The notes under the pieces were generated by a model. The model did no database searches, was not told where the DNA came from, and saw only the letters and a program-made list of their open reading frames with translations. This document shows positions 28,410-40,591 of a stretch of DNA of 64,000 nt, piece by piece. Within the stretch, counting starts at the first letter, position 1. Each line of letters opens with the position of its first letter. This stretch comes from Camelus ferus (lineage: Eukaryota), in NCBI RefSeq assembly GCF_009834535.1, contig NC_045697.1, positions 57,104,001-57,168,000 of the forward strand. The letters are read 5' to 3'. The position numbers were made by a program, and so were the translations under genes.

Positions 28410-29354
28410 GAGCACAAATAAGTTAAAGGCAAACAATTTTTAAAAGACACACCATGCAAATAGTAGTAAAAAGAAGCTACAGTAGCAATGCTAATATCAG
28501 ACAAAGTGGATTTTAAAACAAATGCTGTTCTAGAAACTGAGAAGAAAATTTTTAAATAATAAAAGTGTCAATCCATCAGGGAGATATAAAATTACAAACG
28601 TATGAGCTTAACAACAGAGGCCCAAAATACATGAAACAAACAGTGACAGAATTGGTGGGAGAAATAAACAATTTAACAATGATATTTAGACTTCAGTAAT
28701 CTACGTTTGGAAATAGAAATAACATTCTAAGCAGAAGATCAAAAGGAAATAGAAAGTTTGAAAAACAATATAAATTAATGAAATCTAACTGACATACTAG
28801 AACATTTCAATCAACAACAGAAGAATGTGCATTCTTTTAAGGTCACAAGAAGCCTTTTTCGTAGATTATATGTTAGGTAATTTAAAAGATCCTATTAAAT
28901 TAAAATTTTTGACAGTTAAAATCATACAAAGTACATTCTGGGATCACAGTGCAGTGAAATTAGAAATCAATAACAGATGGAAATTCAGGAAATTCAAAAA
29001 TATGTGGTAATTACAGAACACCCAATTAAACAAACACTGGATCAAAAAAGAAATCATATGCAAAATTTTTAAATACTTCAGGATGAATCAAAAAAAAAAA
29101 AACCCAATGTACCAAAGCTTACAGTACACAGCTAAAGTGGTGGTAAGAAAATTTTTATAGCAATAAACATTTATATTTTAAATAAGACTTCAAATCAAAA
29201 ACCTAATCTTTAATCTTAAGAACTAGAAAAACAATGAGTAAACTCTATGTAAGCAGAGGAAAAAAAAGTTATAAAGATACACATGGAAATAAATAAAATA
29301 GAGAGTATAGAAAAAAATCAACAAAACCAAAAGCTGGTTATACAAAAGATGAAG

Positions 29355-29483
29355 GCACATGAATGAGTTTGGTTGAAAGATAAGCCCAGTCCAAATGAGC
29401 TGAATCCTACAGACTCATGAGCTAAATAAATATTTATTGTTTTTGTCACAGAGTTAATAGTTGTTGGCAATAGATAGCTGATG
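29355..29483 (+). mobile_element. MaLR LTR 3' fragment (MLT1I/J-like)
   Basis: CAGACTCATGAGCTAAATAAATATTTATTGTTTT..GCAATAGATAGCTGAT is a typical MLT1 terminus. Confidence 0.6.
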
Positions 29484-29939
29484 CCACTTTAAATATCATT
29501 TATTATATTTAAAATATATATCAACATTCAGTAATTTTTTAATTTCTTATACTTTTAACTCATGAAGGGAAGAATCTTCCAATAAATCTAATATATGTGT
29601 TCAGATAGTTTTTTACACATAGGATAGAAAATCTGAGACCTCCTCATTCTTTTCTAGAATATTTATAAGGGAAAATCTTGTATCATCAGCTTATTTATCA
29701 ATCAGCATTACATCCTTTAACACAGTTTCTGAAGTATGAAATCACAGTTTGTTCTTATATGTCAACATTTTCTTTGATAATGTTTAAATTCTTCATGGAC
29801 CATTCCTACAAAGATCATTTTGTCTTGGAAGAAAGTTATACCCTTTTTCCCACTCTGTTCATAATATCAACAAAGCCCATTTTTTAATTTCCCCATACAC
29901 AGCTAAGAGACAACTATAAAGTCAACAGAAGAAGGAAAG

Positions 29940-30190
29940 AATGGTGGATAAGAGTATGTTCCTTGGACCACATTTGTTGGATTCAGAAATACATTGTGTG
30001 CATGATAGTTGTGTGTCCCTGGACAAGTGACTTAAACATGGCATGCTTTAGCTTCATTCCTGATAAAATGTGAGAACAGTATCTGCTTCAAAGATACAAG
30101 AGAGAGATTAAATCAGTTAATTTATAGTAAATGTTTAAAAGAGTGTTTTATATATAATAGTATTTAGTATTAGAGCTTATTATTATTTAT
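29940..30190 (+). mobile_element. MIR SINE
   Basis: TAGTTGTGTGTCCCTGGACAAGTGACTTAA..CTGATAAAATGTGAGAACAGTATCTGCTTCA matches the MIR core, followed by a (TAT)n tail. Confidence 0.7.
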
Positions 30191-30224
30191 TATTATTATT
30201 ATTACTAAAAGCTGTTTTACAAGG

Positions 30225-30704
30225 TGTGGTGGGAAGAAAGGCCACACAAAGATGTCCACAAACTTGAGACAGTGAATATGTTAGGTTCCATAAACAAAAG
30301 GAATTAAGGTTACAGATGCAATCAAATGACCATAAAATAGGGGAAATAGGGAGATCTTCCCTGGATTATATGAGTGGGCCCAACATAATCACAAGGGTTC
30401 TCAAAAGTGGAAGAGGGAGGGAGAAGAGGAGAGTTGAGAGATGTGACCAAAGAATAAGTGTCAAGGAGATGATATGTTTCTGGCTTTGAAGACAGAGGAA
30501 GAAGGTCACATCTACAAGCTGGGAAATATGAGAAAGTTTCTCCTAAAGTGTCTGGAAAAGAATCCAGCCCTGCCAACTCATTGAGTTCAGCCCAATAAAA
30601 CCCATCAGACTTCTACCTACGGAACTGTAGAATAATTAATGTATGTTGTTTTAAACCATTAGCATTGTAGTAATTTGTTATAGCTGCAGTAGGAAACTAA
30701 TGCA
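30225..30704 (+). mobile_element. MaLR solo LTR (MLT1D-like)
   Basis: TGTGGT start, AAAGATGTCCAC..GGAATTAAGGTTACAGATG, GTGGGCCCAACATAATCACAAGGGTTCT, and end GTAATTTGTTATAGCTGCAGTAGGAAACTAATGCA. Confidence 0.88.
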
Positions 30705-31104
30705 GAATGAAAGGAAGAAATGTCAACAGAGAGAAAATTAAATTGCATACAAGATATGTTTGATCTCATAATCTACATTCCCAATTCTTCCCATTGGAAT
30801 CCAACATAATATCTACACAATTTTTTAATTTCTTCAATGTGATAGAAATTCACCTTGTTTTCAGACACAAAGAGAATTCTGAAGTTTAGGAGTCCAATCC
30901 CTTGCTTACATTTATATTCTATGTCCTCATTCTCAGGATGTTTCAGAGTAGAGACACCATTTTCCTTTAGATGGAAATCTTAGTCCTACACAGGGGATGA
31001 CCTTAGACTTAAGGACCCCAAACAAACCCATTAAAATTATACTATTAAATTATACAGAAAAAAAAGTTAGCATAGCAGCTGATGCTGTATATTTCAAAGG
31101 AACT

Positions 31105-31560
31105 TCTTGTAAAGTTGGGAACCTGGCAGGCAAACCATTCCCTGATAAAGGTGGTTCACTGTGCCTAGACTGTGTGTACAATAGAAGTGATTTATTCTTA
31201 GCATTGCATTTCTTGATGTAAGTCTGGCTTTCGTAAGTGCTAAGTGAAGCGTTGTCCACATAACCAGACCCTTCACAAAAAATTCTGGGTGTTGAGTCAC
31301 CAATGAGCCTCCTTGAGTAAAAACATTGTACACATATTATATCCTTTTATTACTGGAGAATTGAACATAATTGGTATCTCTACTCACTAGAGGGAGGGAA
31401 CATAAGAAAACCTGTGCATGTGTTCATGGATTTCTACAGACTCTGTCTGTGTCTTTTTTCCTTTCTAATCCTGTCAAGTATCTTTGCAATGTAATTGCAG
31501 TCTTAGCTATGAATAATACAACTGTGTGCTGAGTTGAGTCACCAAACACCGTATTTGAGA
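31105..31560 (+). mobile_element. LTR (MER21/MER68/MER77-like)
   Basis: CATAACCAGACCCTTCACAAAAAATTCTGGGTGTTGAGTC..AAAACATTGTACACAT..GTATCTTTGCAATGTAAT..CTTAGCTATGAATAATACAACTGTGTGCTGAGT resembles the MER21-group LTRs as recalled. Confidence 0.65.
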
Positions 31561-32389
31561 ACTTGAATAGATTCCACACTGAAGTTTGGAAATCAAAGAA
31601 CAAGTTTTTTGTTTTAGTTTTTGTTTTTCCTCTACCAACATGAGGTATATACATTTATATATATCCACCTCTGTCCTATTGCACTTCAGTTAACTGCTCT
31701 TAATTTACTTCAAGAAAGTTTTTGAACCAAAACAGTCCCAGACACAGGTCTGTGCAACTGTGTACAGGCACACATATCTGTCATTGAAGAATTAGCAATA
31801 ATTTTCAGGTTCAATGACTTCTAAAACCATAATTACATTTGCTTTTTTACCTAAAAGCCTGATTTCTTGTCAGATACACCACAGAACATCTCTTGGAGGC
31901 AGAAACTAAAAAAAGGTGAAGAAAGTCTTCACAAAAAGTAAAAAATGCAGGTATAAGTCAATTTGACTTACATAGAAAGAAAAACGTCTATTCATGTGAT
32001 GACAGGGGAGTGGAGAACTGTGTGTTCTAGAACAGAGTTAGCTAGAGTGTTGATGCGGGAAAAGGGAGGTTTCCCAGGTACACATTTATCCAAAAATTCT
32101 GGGAAATTTATAAGCAAGGCTATAGCTGTTAGTAGAAATTAGGGGAGGGAGTGGATATGATGTATTATAAGGGAGAAAATTTTCTGAAGATTTTTAGAGG
32201 GGAGTGGACCCAGGGACAAAATAAATAAATAGCAGTTTTAGTGACTGCCTTACATACTCATTGGTCCAGTCTGCTCAACAGTACTAGGAGTGCTATTGAA
32301 ATGTAAGTAGGGATGATTTAGGTTTGGAGATTGACAGAGTGGTTTTAACAGAGTTATAGACCCAAGATCCTACATTTATAATTTTTTTC

Positions 32390-32530
32390 ACTATCAAATT
32401 TAAGCTCCATGAACTTGGGTACCACAGCTATATAGTTCACTGTTGAATCTTTAGGTTTAGAAGGATACCTTGCATAGAGCTAAACTCTCCATATTTATTT
32501 GATGAATACATGCATTAATAGATAAATAGG
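32390..32530 (+). mobile_element. L2 3' end fragment
   Basis: TAAGCTCCATGAA..GTTCACTGTTGAATC..ATATTTATTTGATGAATACATGCATTAAT resembles the L2 terminus. Confidence 0.55.
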
Positions 32531-34689
32531 GTTTGAGGAGAATTAACTGAAGCAGTTCACTATAGATTCCAGACTTACGAGATACATGTAAACTGTAAAT
32601 TTTAAATGAAGTGAAGCTTTTATGAATATTTAGCCTAGAATGAATAACCAAAGTGCATTAGACCATCTTTATCTTATAAAGATGATAAATATATCACTTG
32701 ATATAAAAACACCTGAAATACAGTATTGTAATTTACCTCAGTTTTAGCATCATACATGTGCCTAAAATAAACTTATTGAATGAATAATTATTAAGATAGG
32801 AAATCCCTAATCTTCATTAAATTTATTAGATACATATAAATGGACATTTTAAAGTGTAAACAATTCATATGCCATAAAACATGTTAACATTTAAGAAATT
32901 TCTTACTGTTCATAAATACCACATTATAATTTCAAATTATATATATATACATATATGTATTACAAGTATGCAAGCGTATCACATATCTTTCAGCAATTAA
33001 GGTAATTACTCCAAATAGTATAAATAAATTGAGGTCGTAAGAGATCAAAGACTATCAAGTTGTTTTGATCAATAATCAGTTCTGCCAGATGAGACAACAC
33101 ATAGAAAATGCATGTAACCACATTAGGCTTATTTTCTAAGCCTTGAGGAGAATAAGGATTATTCTTTAAAATTTAAGTTTCTGAAAAAGTGTGATTGTGT
33201 GATACGGAATGCTAAAACCCATGTAATGAATAAGACTTTGGAAGCATTCAAAAATAATATGAAATAACTTTAAAATGAGATTTTGTTATAACCATATATT
33301 CACTCTGTAAACATACTTAGAGGCATGTCACCCTGACCATTGTATCTGATGTAGAAATAGTAGAAATCTATAATTAATAACTTGGTTAACACAGTGGAGT
33401 GTCAATGTTTTCCTCTCTATGAATGTGACAGAACTAGGATGTAGATGTGTAATCTATGCCAAAATCCTCCTGAACGCAATCAGGCTTATCTGATATTAAG
33501 AGCTAACCAATTACCTGATGTTCAAACTCTGATGCCCTATAGTAAATACGGCATTGAGCAGATATCCTCAGGGTTTCAGAAATTATGTTCCTGGCAAATT
33601 GGCATATCATCAGTTCAGAAGTGGAAATCCACTTCATGACACCAAATTAGAGTACTAACGGGAAGCATAGAATAATAAAAATTTTTAATATGTGGTCCAA
33701 AAAAATTCTGGAGGACACAGTGGTTAACAGCTGCAGAAACAGGTGCAAAGCATGCATAACTAATAAAGTTGAAAAAAATCTGTTAAAAGATTAAAATGCC
33801 TATCTTTAACCAAAGAACATAATTCAGAAATAGGAGCACAACATATTAAAACCATTAAACCTTCTCAAAATTATAAAGCATGTGAACTTGTTCTTCTAGA
33901 GGTATTCTACTTGACTTTTATCACTCTATAATTACAGGCATTAAGTACTTTTTGATGTATTAGGGAGTCGATGATTAGTATTTCTGTCTCTACTGCTCAA
34001 ATGCAGAATCAGAGAGAAGTAAAAAACCACAGGTTTTGAAGCTCCATGGGTTGGAAATATGGATATGAAGCTCCATGGGTTGGAAATCAGAGCAGTGTGA
34101 TGTCCTATCTACCGGTAAATACAGAAGGAATTGCCCAGAAGAAATGAGTAGAACATGCACACTGGTTATGCAAAACTCATTTGCTTGCCAAATTATTCCT
34201 TCTCCTATGTTAAGGAATGACTAATAGGGGTAGAGATAGAAGGTAAATTTTCCAAGTTCACTTCACCTGGTTTCTACTTTGCAAGATTAACTGTGAGACA
34301 GGAAAGAATAACCAATTATAGTATATTACATATCGCTTCTTAAAACTTAAATGTAGACAGATTTTTAATTTATTTTTCAAGCAATCTTCCAATCATAATA
34401 GATTTTGAGATAGCATTACAAAATATATTTAGCCTAACAATTTTTTTCTTTCCTCTTTCCTTCCTCCCTCCCTCCCTGCTTTACTTCCTCACTCCATCCC
34501 TCCATTACTTCTTGTCTTTGTCAGAGAAACTCACCAGCACAGTTCAATTTCACCTATAAAAAGTGATTGAGCACTCTCACTCCATTTGTACTCTATGGCT
34601 CATTTGAAAAATTTAATATCTTCCAAAGTTTTATGGACAATATTTTTTAAAGTTTTAATCACTGGGAGGGAAGAGGTTAAATGAGGATC

Positions 34690-34900
34690 ATGGTAGATAG
34701 AACCTTAAACTGATTACCAAATGATCTATACATTTATTGCCCTCCCTTCTATAAAACACTCCACATGAGTGTGGGTAAGACCTATGAATATGATGGGTTA
34801 TCACTCCCAAGAGTTTTTGTTAGTCAGTTGCCTTGAGTAAATCAAAAGGAAGATTATCCTGGGAGGGCCTGACCTATGCAGGTAAGCCCTTAAAGAAGGT
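34690..34900 (+). mobile_element. MaLR LTR 5' fragment (MLT1E/F-like)
   Basis: GAGTGTGGGTAAGACCTATGAATATGATGGGTTATCACTCCC is similar to the element at 21480. Confidence 0.7.
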
Positions 34901-36569
34901 GAAGCCTCAGATGGTTGTTAAAATGCACTTGAAATTAAGATATCAGCAATTTAATGCAATTATGTACTTAGTACATAGAACAATGTACAACCAACTAGAT
35001 GACCACAAAAATCTCTTTTTATATGGTTGTTATGACTAACTTTCCTATTTCTTTTCAATCAAGTTAAATGAATAGTGTCCAGAAAACAAAATCCTTTTAA
35101 AACTTTCTCTTATACTAGTTTTTGTAACTCCTTTATGTCCTGGCTATTGGAGTTTGCCAAAATTCTGCTTGTTCTTTACCAAATCCAATTGCCAGAATTG
35201 GAAGGGAGGAAAAACTTCTGATCCTGGGAGACCAGGAAGAGAGTAATTTATGGTAGAGTGATAGAATTGTTTTGGAAAAAAGACATCTCACATTAAGGTT
35301 TAAGTCAGATGGCTTTTACTTTATTCCTAATTAAGATGTTGGCTCTCCAGAGAAGGAGAGAATGTCATTAAACAAAATATATACACACAAACACAAACAA
35401 AACTTTGCTATTTTTAACAGGTATATTTATAAACCCTGTTTTTCTTCCCCTTAAACATGAAGGCATAGTGAATATCCTACAATAGCATTTTCCTTCCTGA
35501 TGTCTGAAGAGTAATATCTCACTTCTCAAGGCGTATCTATAGGTTACCTTTGAGGATAAATAAAGCTGCTGCCTCCAAACATATTTTGAAACAAAGATTT
35601 ACTGCAGGGTTTATCATATTTTTAATATACTAATTTGAACTGACAATGTCAAAAAAAGGTAAAAATTTGACTGTTAAATTTTACTGGGCAATGGAAGCAT
35701 TTTGAAAAAGAACTATTAACATTTTGATAGTCATGAGTATGATTCTGAACAGTTAGGAAAATTCTTTTATTGGAAGTTAAATGGTTTTATAGGTTTTAGA
35801 AATATTTGTAGCTATGAATTTGTCACATACTGGAATCAATAACATTTCTATTATTGCTGATAATTGAAAGCAAGTTTTTCTGGGTCAAGTTATTTTGGTT
35901 GATTAGCAGATTAAAGCACTAATGGCATGTAGCTGTGCAAAATAAACTGCTTAGGAAAATAGCAAGAAATTCAAGTTTTTTTGTTGAAATAATAATTCAA
36001 AAATTAAACTGTATGCTGTTGTCTGCAACAATACTTGTTCAGCAATTATTCAATATGCATAATCCAATATTAATCTATTCATTTCAAGTTTACTTAATTT
36101 TTTCTCTATTTTTCTCAAATAATTGATTTATAACATCATTATATTTATATATAACTATGCAAATATATCCACATAGTATCAGTTGTTTCTATCTCTCTCA
36201 ATCTTTCTCTCTCTCATCTCTTACATTATGTACTTTTATCCATAGGGAGATTTTTATACATGTGAACAATTTTACAGTCATCCATAACAAAGCACAACTA
36301 CACATTTAAAATTAATGATTGGATTTGGCATAGATGATACTCTATATCATAAATATAGATATACTTGTCCAAGAAACTACTACATATATTTTTAAATATA
36401 AAAAAAACTTATAGACATCACACTGATAGTATCAGTAACGTCCATATAATGCAAAGTAATTCAGTGTACATAGAATACTTATGTCTTCAAGCATATAGTG
36501 TGATTATCAGAATACCTGGACACATGGAATTTAATGTATATGTATTTAAGTAATATTTAGCCAATACAT

Positions 36570-37238
36570 TGTACTCTGACCTAAAAAGAAACAGATATTT
36601 TTCATCTCACTTCCAAATGTACAATCCTCCCTGTACCTACTACCTTTTTCTCGATTTTCTTAACTTTTAGTGTAAATTTTAAATTTCTCTATAAAATCAA
36701 GGCCTCTGTTTTTGCTCTGGATTCTATATTTTTCATTCTGAGATCTCATTATTGCAATCAGTGCTTTTGTCTGATATATGATCAGCTCCTATTTCTCTCT
36801 ACTAAATCATTCTTATTAGCATACAAATAAGATCTAAAATTTCACCTCATATATATATTTATTTGATTCAAATTGAATCCATATACTTTTACAGCTATAA
36901 ATTCATTATTCATTTCCTTCTCATATCACAATTTTTCAAAAGCATATCTATAGTAAGTTAATCTGCATCCTCACCTCCCTATATTTCCCAAACAACTTGA
37001 AGTAGGTTTTGGTCCCAATACAACACTGAGACTGTTTTTGATAGTCACCAACAACCTCCACATTACTAAGTTCTGCTGAATTAAGCCTACACGTAATTTA
37101 TTTGTACCATACTTTGTTATTCCATATCTTGTTTAAAAAAAAGTGTGCTTTTGCTGGCAACATTTAAATATTAAGACATCACAAATACATTTTTGTTATC
37201 TCTAAAATCTGAATAACACTTCAGATCTGTCCACTTCC
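36570..37238 (+). mobile_element. L2 fragment (upstream part)
   Basis: Pyrimidine-rich L2-like motifs: CAACACTGAGACTGTTTTTGATAGTCACCAACAACCTCCACATTACTAA and CAGATCTGTCCACTTC. Confidence 0.6.
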
Positions 37239-37379
37239 TGTTGCCCCTTCTGTTTCCTGAGAGACCTACTCAGGGTGGGTGCCTCCCACACCTCAGGTAA
37301 AGGATAAAAGCCAAGACTACCTCCAGGTGAGGGCCGTTGAGGGTGATCAGAACCCCCATCTTTCTATTCTCTAGTACTC

Positions 37380-40300
37380 CCCTAGAAATAAACAAAAGGT
37401 GATAGCTCTGGTTGACAGCAGAGCCAAATTTACTCTAGTACATGGTAACCATCAGACGTTTTCTGGCCCCCTCAGTGCCATCTATACATGAAATACAAAT
37501 GGTTAGGAATGTTCCTGCGACACTGCAAATTGTATGTTCTCTCTCATGAGAAAATGAGTTTTTATCTCTCCAATACCAGAGAACATATTGGGTATTGATA
37601 TTGACAAGGTCAAACTCTGCAAACCTCTATTGGTGAATTCCTCCAGGTTAGAGTAATCAAAGCAGTGCTGAAGCAAACACCCACTGGGAACTGATAAGCC
37701 TGCTACCCCCAGGAAGAGTGGTTATTGTCAAACAATATAAACATTGTCAAACAGCTGGGGTAGGGGGAGGCATAAGGAAACAGGAGAAGGCACCCAAGAA
37801 CTGCAGCAAGTGGGTATTGTAAACCCTGCCCATAGTGCTTTCAACAGTTTGGAATGGCCAGTAGAGAAGTCAGATGGCTCATGGTAGATGACAGAAGACT
37901 ACTGAGAACTGAACCAGGTAGTGCTGTCCAACCATGCAGCTGTACACAACACTGCCACCAATTTAGATACTTCGGCCATGGTCCTAGAAGTGTACCATGC
38001 TACACCGAACTTAGCAAATGCTTTTCTCAATAAACCCAAGCTGACAAGTCACAGGTCAATCTGCCTACACATTGGAAAGTCAACAAGGTACCTTTCAGTG
38101 CTTCCTCAAGTGCAGCCCCATAATATATCATGGGATGGTAACCTGAGACCTGTCCCTGTTCTCCTTCCTCACATTAGTAAAAGGGGCCTATTACATCGAT
38201 GACATAATGTTAACACGTGAAGACCTGTCTCTGCAGACTTTGCTGGAACATTTGTGAGAAAGAGGATGGGAAATGAATCCGCAGAAAATTAAAGGCCCAA
38301 GCACAGCTATAAAGTTCTGGGGAGTTGTTAAGTAAGATGTGCACTCTTCCAGAAACTGTGATTGATACAGTGCAAGCCTATCCAACCCTTAAGATTGAGA
38401 ATGATATAAGCCTTTGTAGGGATTTAGAGTTTCTGGAAGATATTTATTCCCCTGGCATAGTGCTGCCATCCCTTACACTGCCTTGTAAGGGGTGGGGCTG
38501 AGGATAAGAGCAGCAAGCTGCCTTTAAGAAGTCAAAAATACTAGTGAAGCAGATTAAAGCCCCGGGCATCACCCAAGAAGGGCTATCATTTGATTTAGAT
38601 GTATCTGTGACTCTGGAAGGTATGGCGTGTGCAGAGACATCATAAGAGAGTACCTCTAGAATTTTGTTCCCAGCTCTGGAAGAGGACAGAAATCTGTATA
38701 CCTCCTTAGAGCAACGGCTCCTAGCAATGTACACAGTGTTCCTCCAGGAAAAACCTCTCATAAAAGAAGAACATATTGAGGTAAGAACTTCCCTTCTTAT
38801 CAAGGGGTGGTTTGGGAATATGTTCCATGGACCCACCTCTATGGCACAGTCTATGGCTCAGACTCCCACTTTGACTAAGTGGCAGGCCTGTTTGCAGCAA
38901 AGTAGTACCTTGTCCTCTGTCTCTAAAACTGCACATGCTATTATGCTCTATAGAATATGTACATCTTACAAAAGCCCCTGCCCCTATTCTGTGGTGACCT
39001 TGTGGCCTGTAGAGAGGGACTGGGGGAAATTCCTGCTGATGCTGGTAAACTGATGTATCTAGTCCAGCATTCCATCCACATGGACTGCAGTCACTATTCA
39101 GCCCAACACTGACACCGCCTGGATGAGAACAAGAACAAACTACAGCAGCCGGTGGGTCAACTCAGAGCGGTTAGGATGACTCATACACTCTGGCCATTAT
39201 CTCTCCCTCTGCAGACAGTTGGGCTATTCTAAAGGGATTAATTCTATGTCTTGGACAGGGGGAAGACAAGGAGTAGATGATCATGAATAAGTCCTTGTTG
39301 GGTCAGGATATGTGCACAGACATTTGAGTTCACTTGCAAGAGCCTGAGGCTGTCCTTACTGTCTTCCACAAACTGGCTCATAGAGAGCTGAAACCCCTTT
39401 GCAATCAGGAAGCTGATGCCTTAGCTCAGGTAACAAGCCCTGGCAACTGACCCTTCAGTAGACACAGAAGAACAGATCCATAAAAAGAGGCCACCCTCTG
39501 GGTGGAATGACATATTGCCAAGGATGCTGAATTGTTCCTGAAATACTACTTGGTTAATGCAGTAACAGCATGTCCTCTGTGTTCTAAACCATACCCAAGG
39601 CAACTTCTGAAGGAGTCTAGGGTCATCCAATGAATTTCCCAACCAGTGAGATATTGGCAAATTGATTATATTGGCCTCTTCCCTCTGCATGAGTGTTCCA
39701 GATATGCCCTGGTTTGTATAGGCATTACATCTGGCCTAACCCACTTTTCACAGTGGCCTTGCAAACCAAGGTGCAGCCATTAGGGGATTAGGGTTGCTGA
39801 ATACCATGTATGGATACCCTCATCAAATAGACAGTGATCAGGGGACACATTTCAAAGGTCATGATGTGCAAAACTGGGCAGAAGAGCATTACATTGAATG
39901 GAGGTTCCATCTCCCCTATATACCTGCAAGCCAGCCGCAGGGGTCAGTCATCCATGGAACACTAAAGTAGCAGATTACATTACTAACAGATCAAACCACC
40001 TTGGTGAGTGGACTAGAGTACTACCCCAGGCTTTAATACATTTAAATGATGAACAAATATGGCCTGTTGCCCCATATGCCAGACTGGGACCCCTGCTGAA
40101 ATACCCAACACCATAAAGGTATGGAAGTCACAGGAAACAACCACTGCCCTAATGCTCACCTTGGATCAACCTGCTCTGCTGCTGAGAATACCATGTCCTA
40201 TTATGCCTGGAAAGGGGTTAACTACTGGAATTTGCAGGGTACATCCCACGAAGATGGGTGAGTTACTTCACACTCCTGCATGAGGGGGAACTTCTTAATC

Positions 40301-40590
40301 TCCACTGGGATCCCATTGTTCTGCAACAAGCCAGTCTTGTTAAAAAGTACCATAATTGGAATGGAACATTGAGAGTGGAAAGAAGGTATGGGTCCTGGTC
40401 TGGCATATCCTGCCTCCAGTCCATCTCCTCATGCCTGACACTGCTGCCTCACCTGGCCAACATGCATGGTATGCACAACCAGGTCAAATTCCTAAAGGTG
40501 CAGCCACATTAACATCTAAGGATCAGGCCACAAGTGTAATTCTTATAGAAGGGGAAGAACTCATACAAGTTCTTACTAAATATCTGTTTT
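37380..40590 (+). pseudogene. pol: ERV pro-pol pseudogene, ERV-L/ERV-S (class III) type
   Basis: Protease ALVDSRAKFTLVHGN (37405-37449). RT FNSLEWPVEKSDGSW*MTEDY*ELNQV (~37840-37920), NLANAF, YIDDIMLT (YIDD at 38192-38203) and GWEMNPQKIKGPSTAIKFWG. Integrase WQIDYIGLFP (39655-39684) and GYPHQIDSDQGTHFKG (39812-39859). Confidence 0.93.
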
Positions 40591-40591
40591 T

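Larger units (their letters stand above)
23535..29350 (+). mobile_element. Old LINE-1 (L1MC/L1MD-like) 5' UTR, ORF1 and endonuclease region, interrupted by three younger insertions
   Basis: L1MCa-like 5' end (TTTTTAGAACTCCAGAAATTAATT..TTTTAATTGCCCTAATCCC), A-rich ORF1 remnants (~24.55-25.9 kb) and an ORF2 endonuclease motif IIQSTFWDHSAVKLEIN (degenerate SDH motif, ~28920-28970). Confidence 0.85.
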
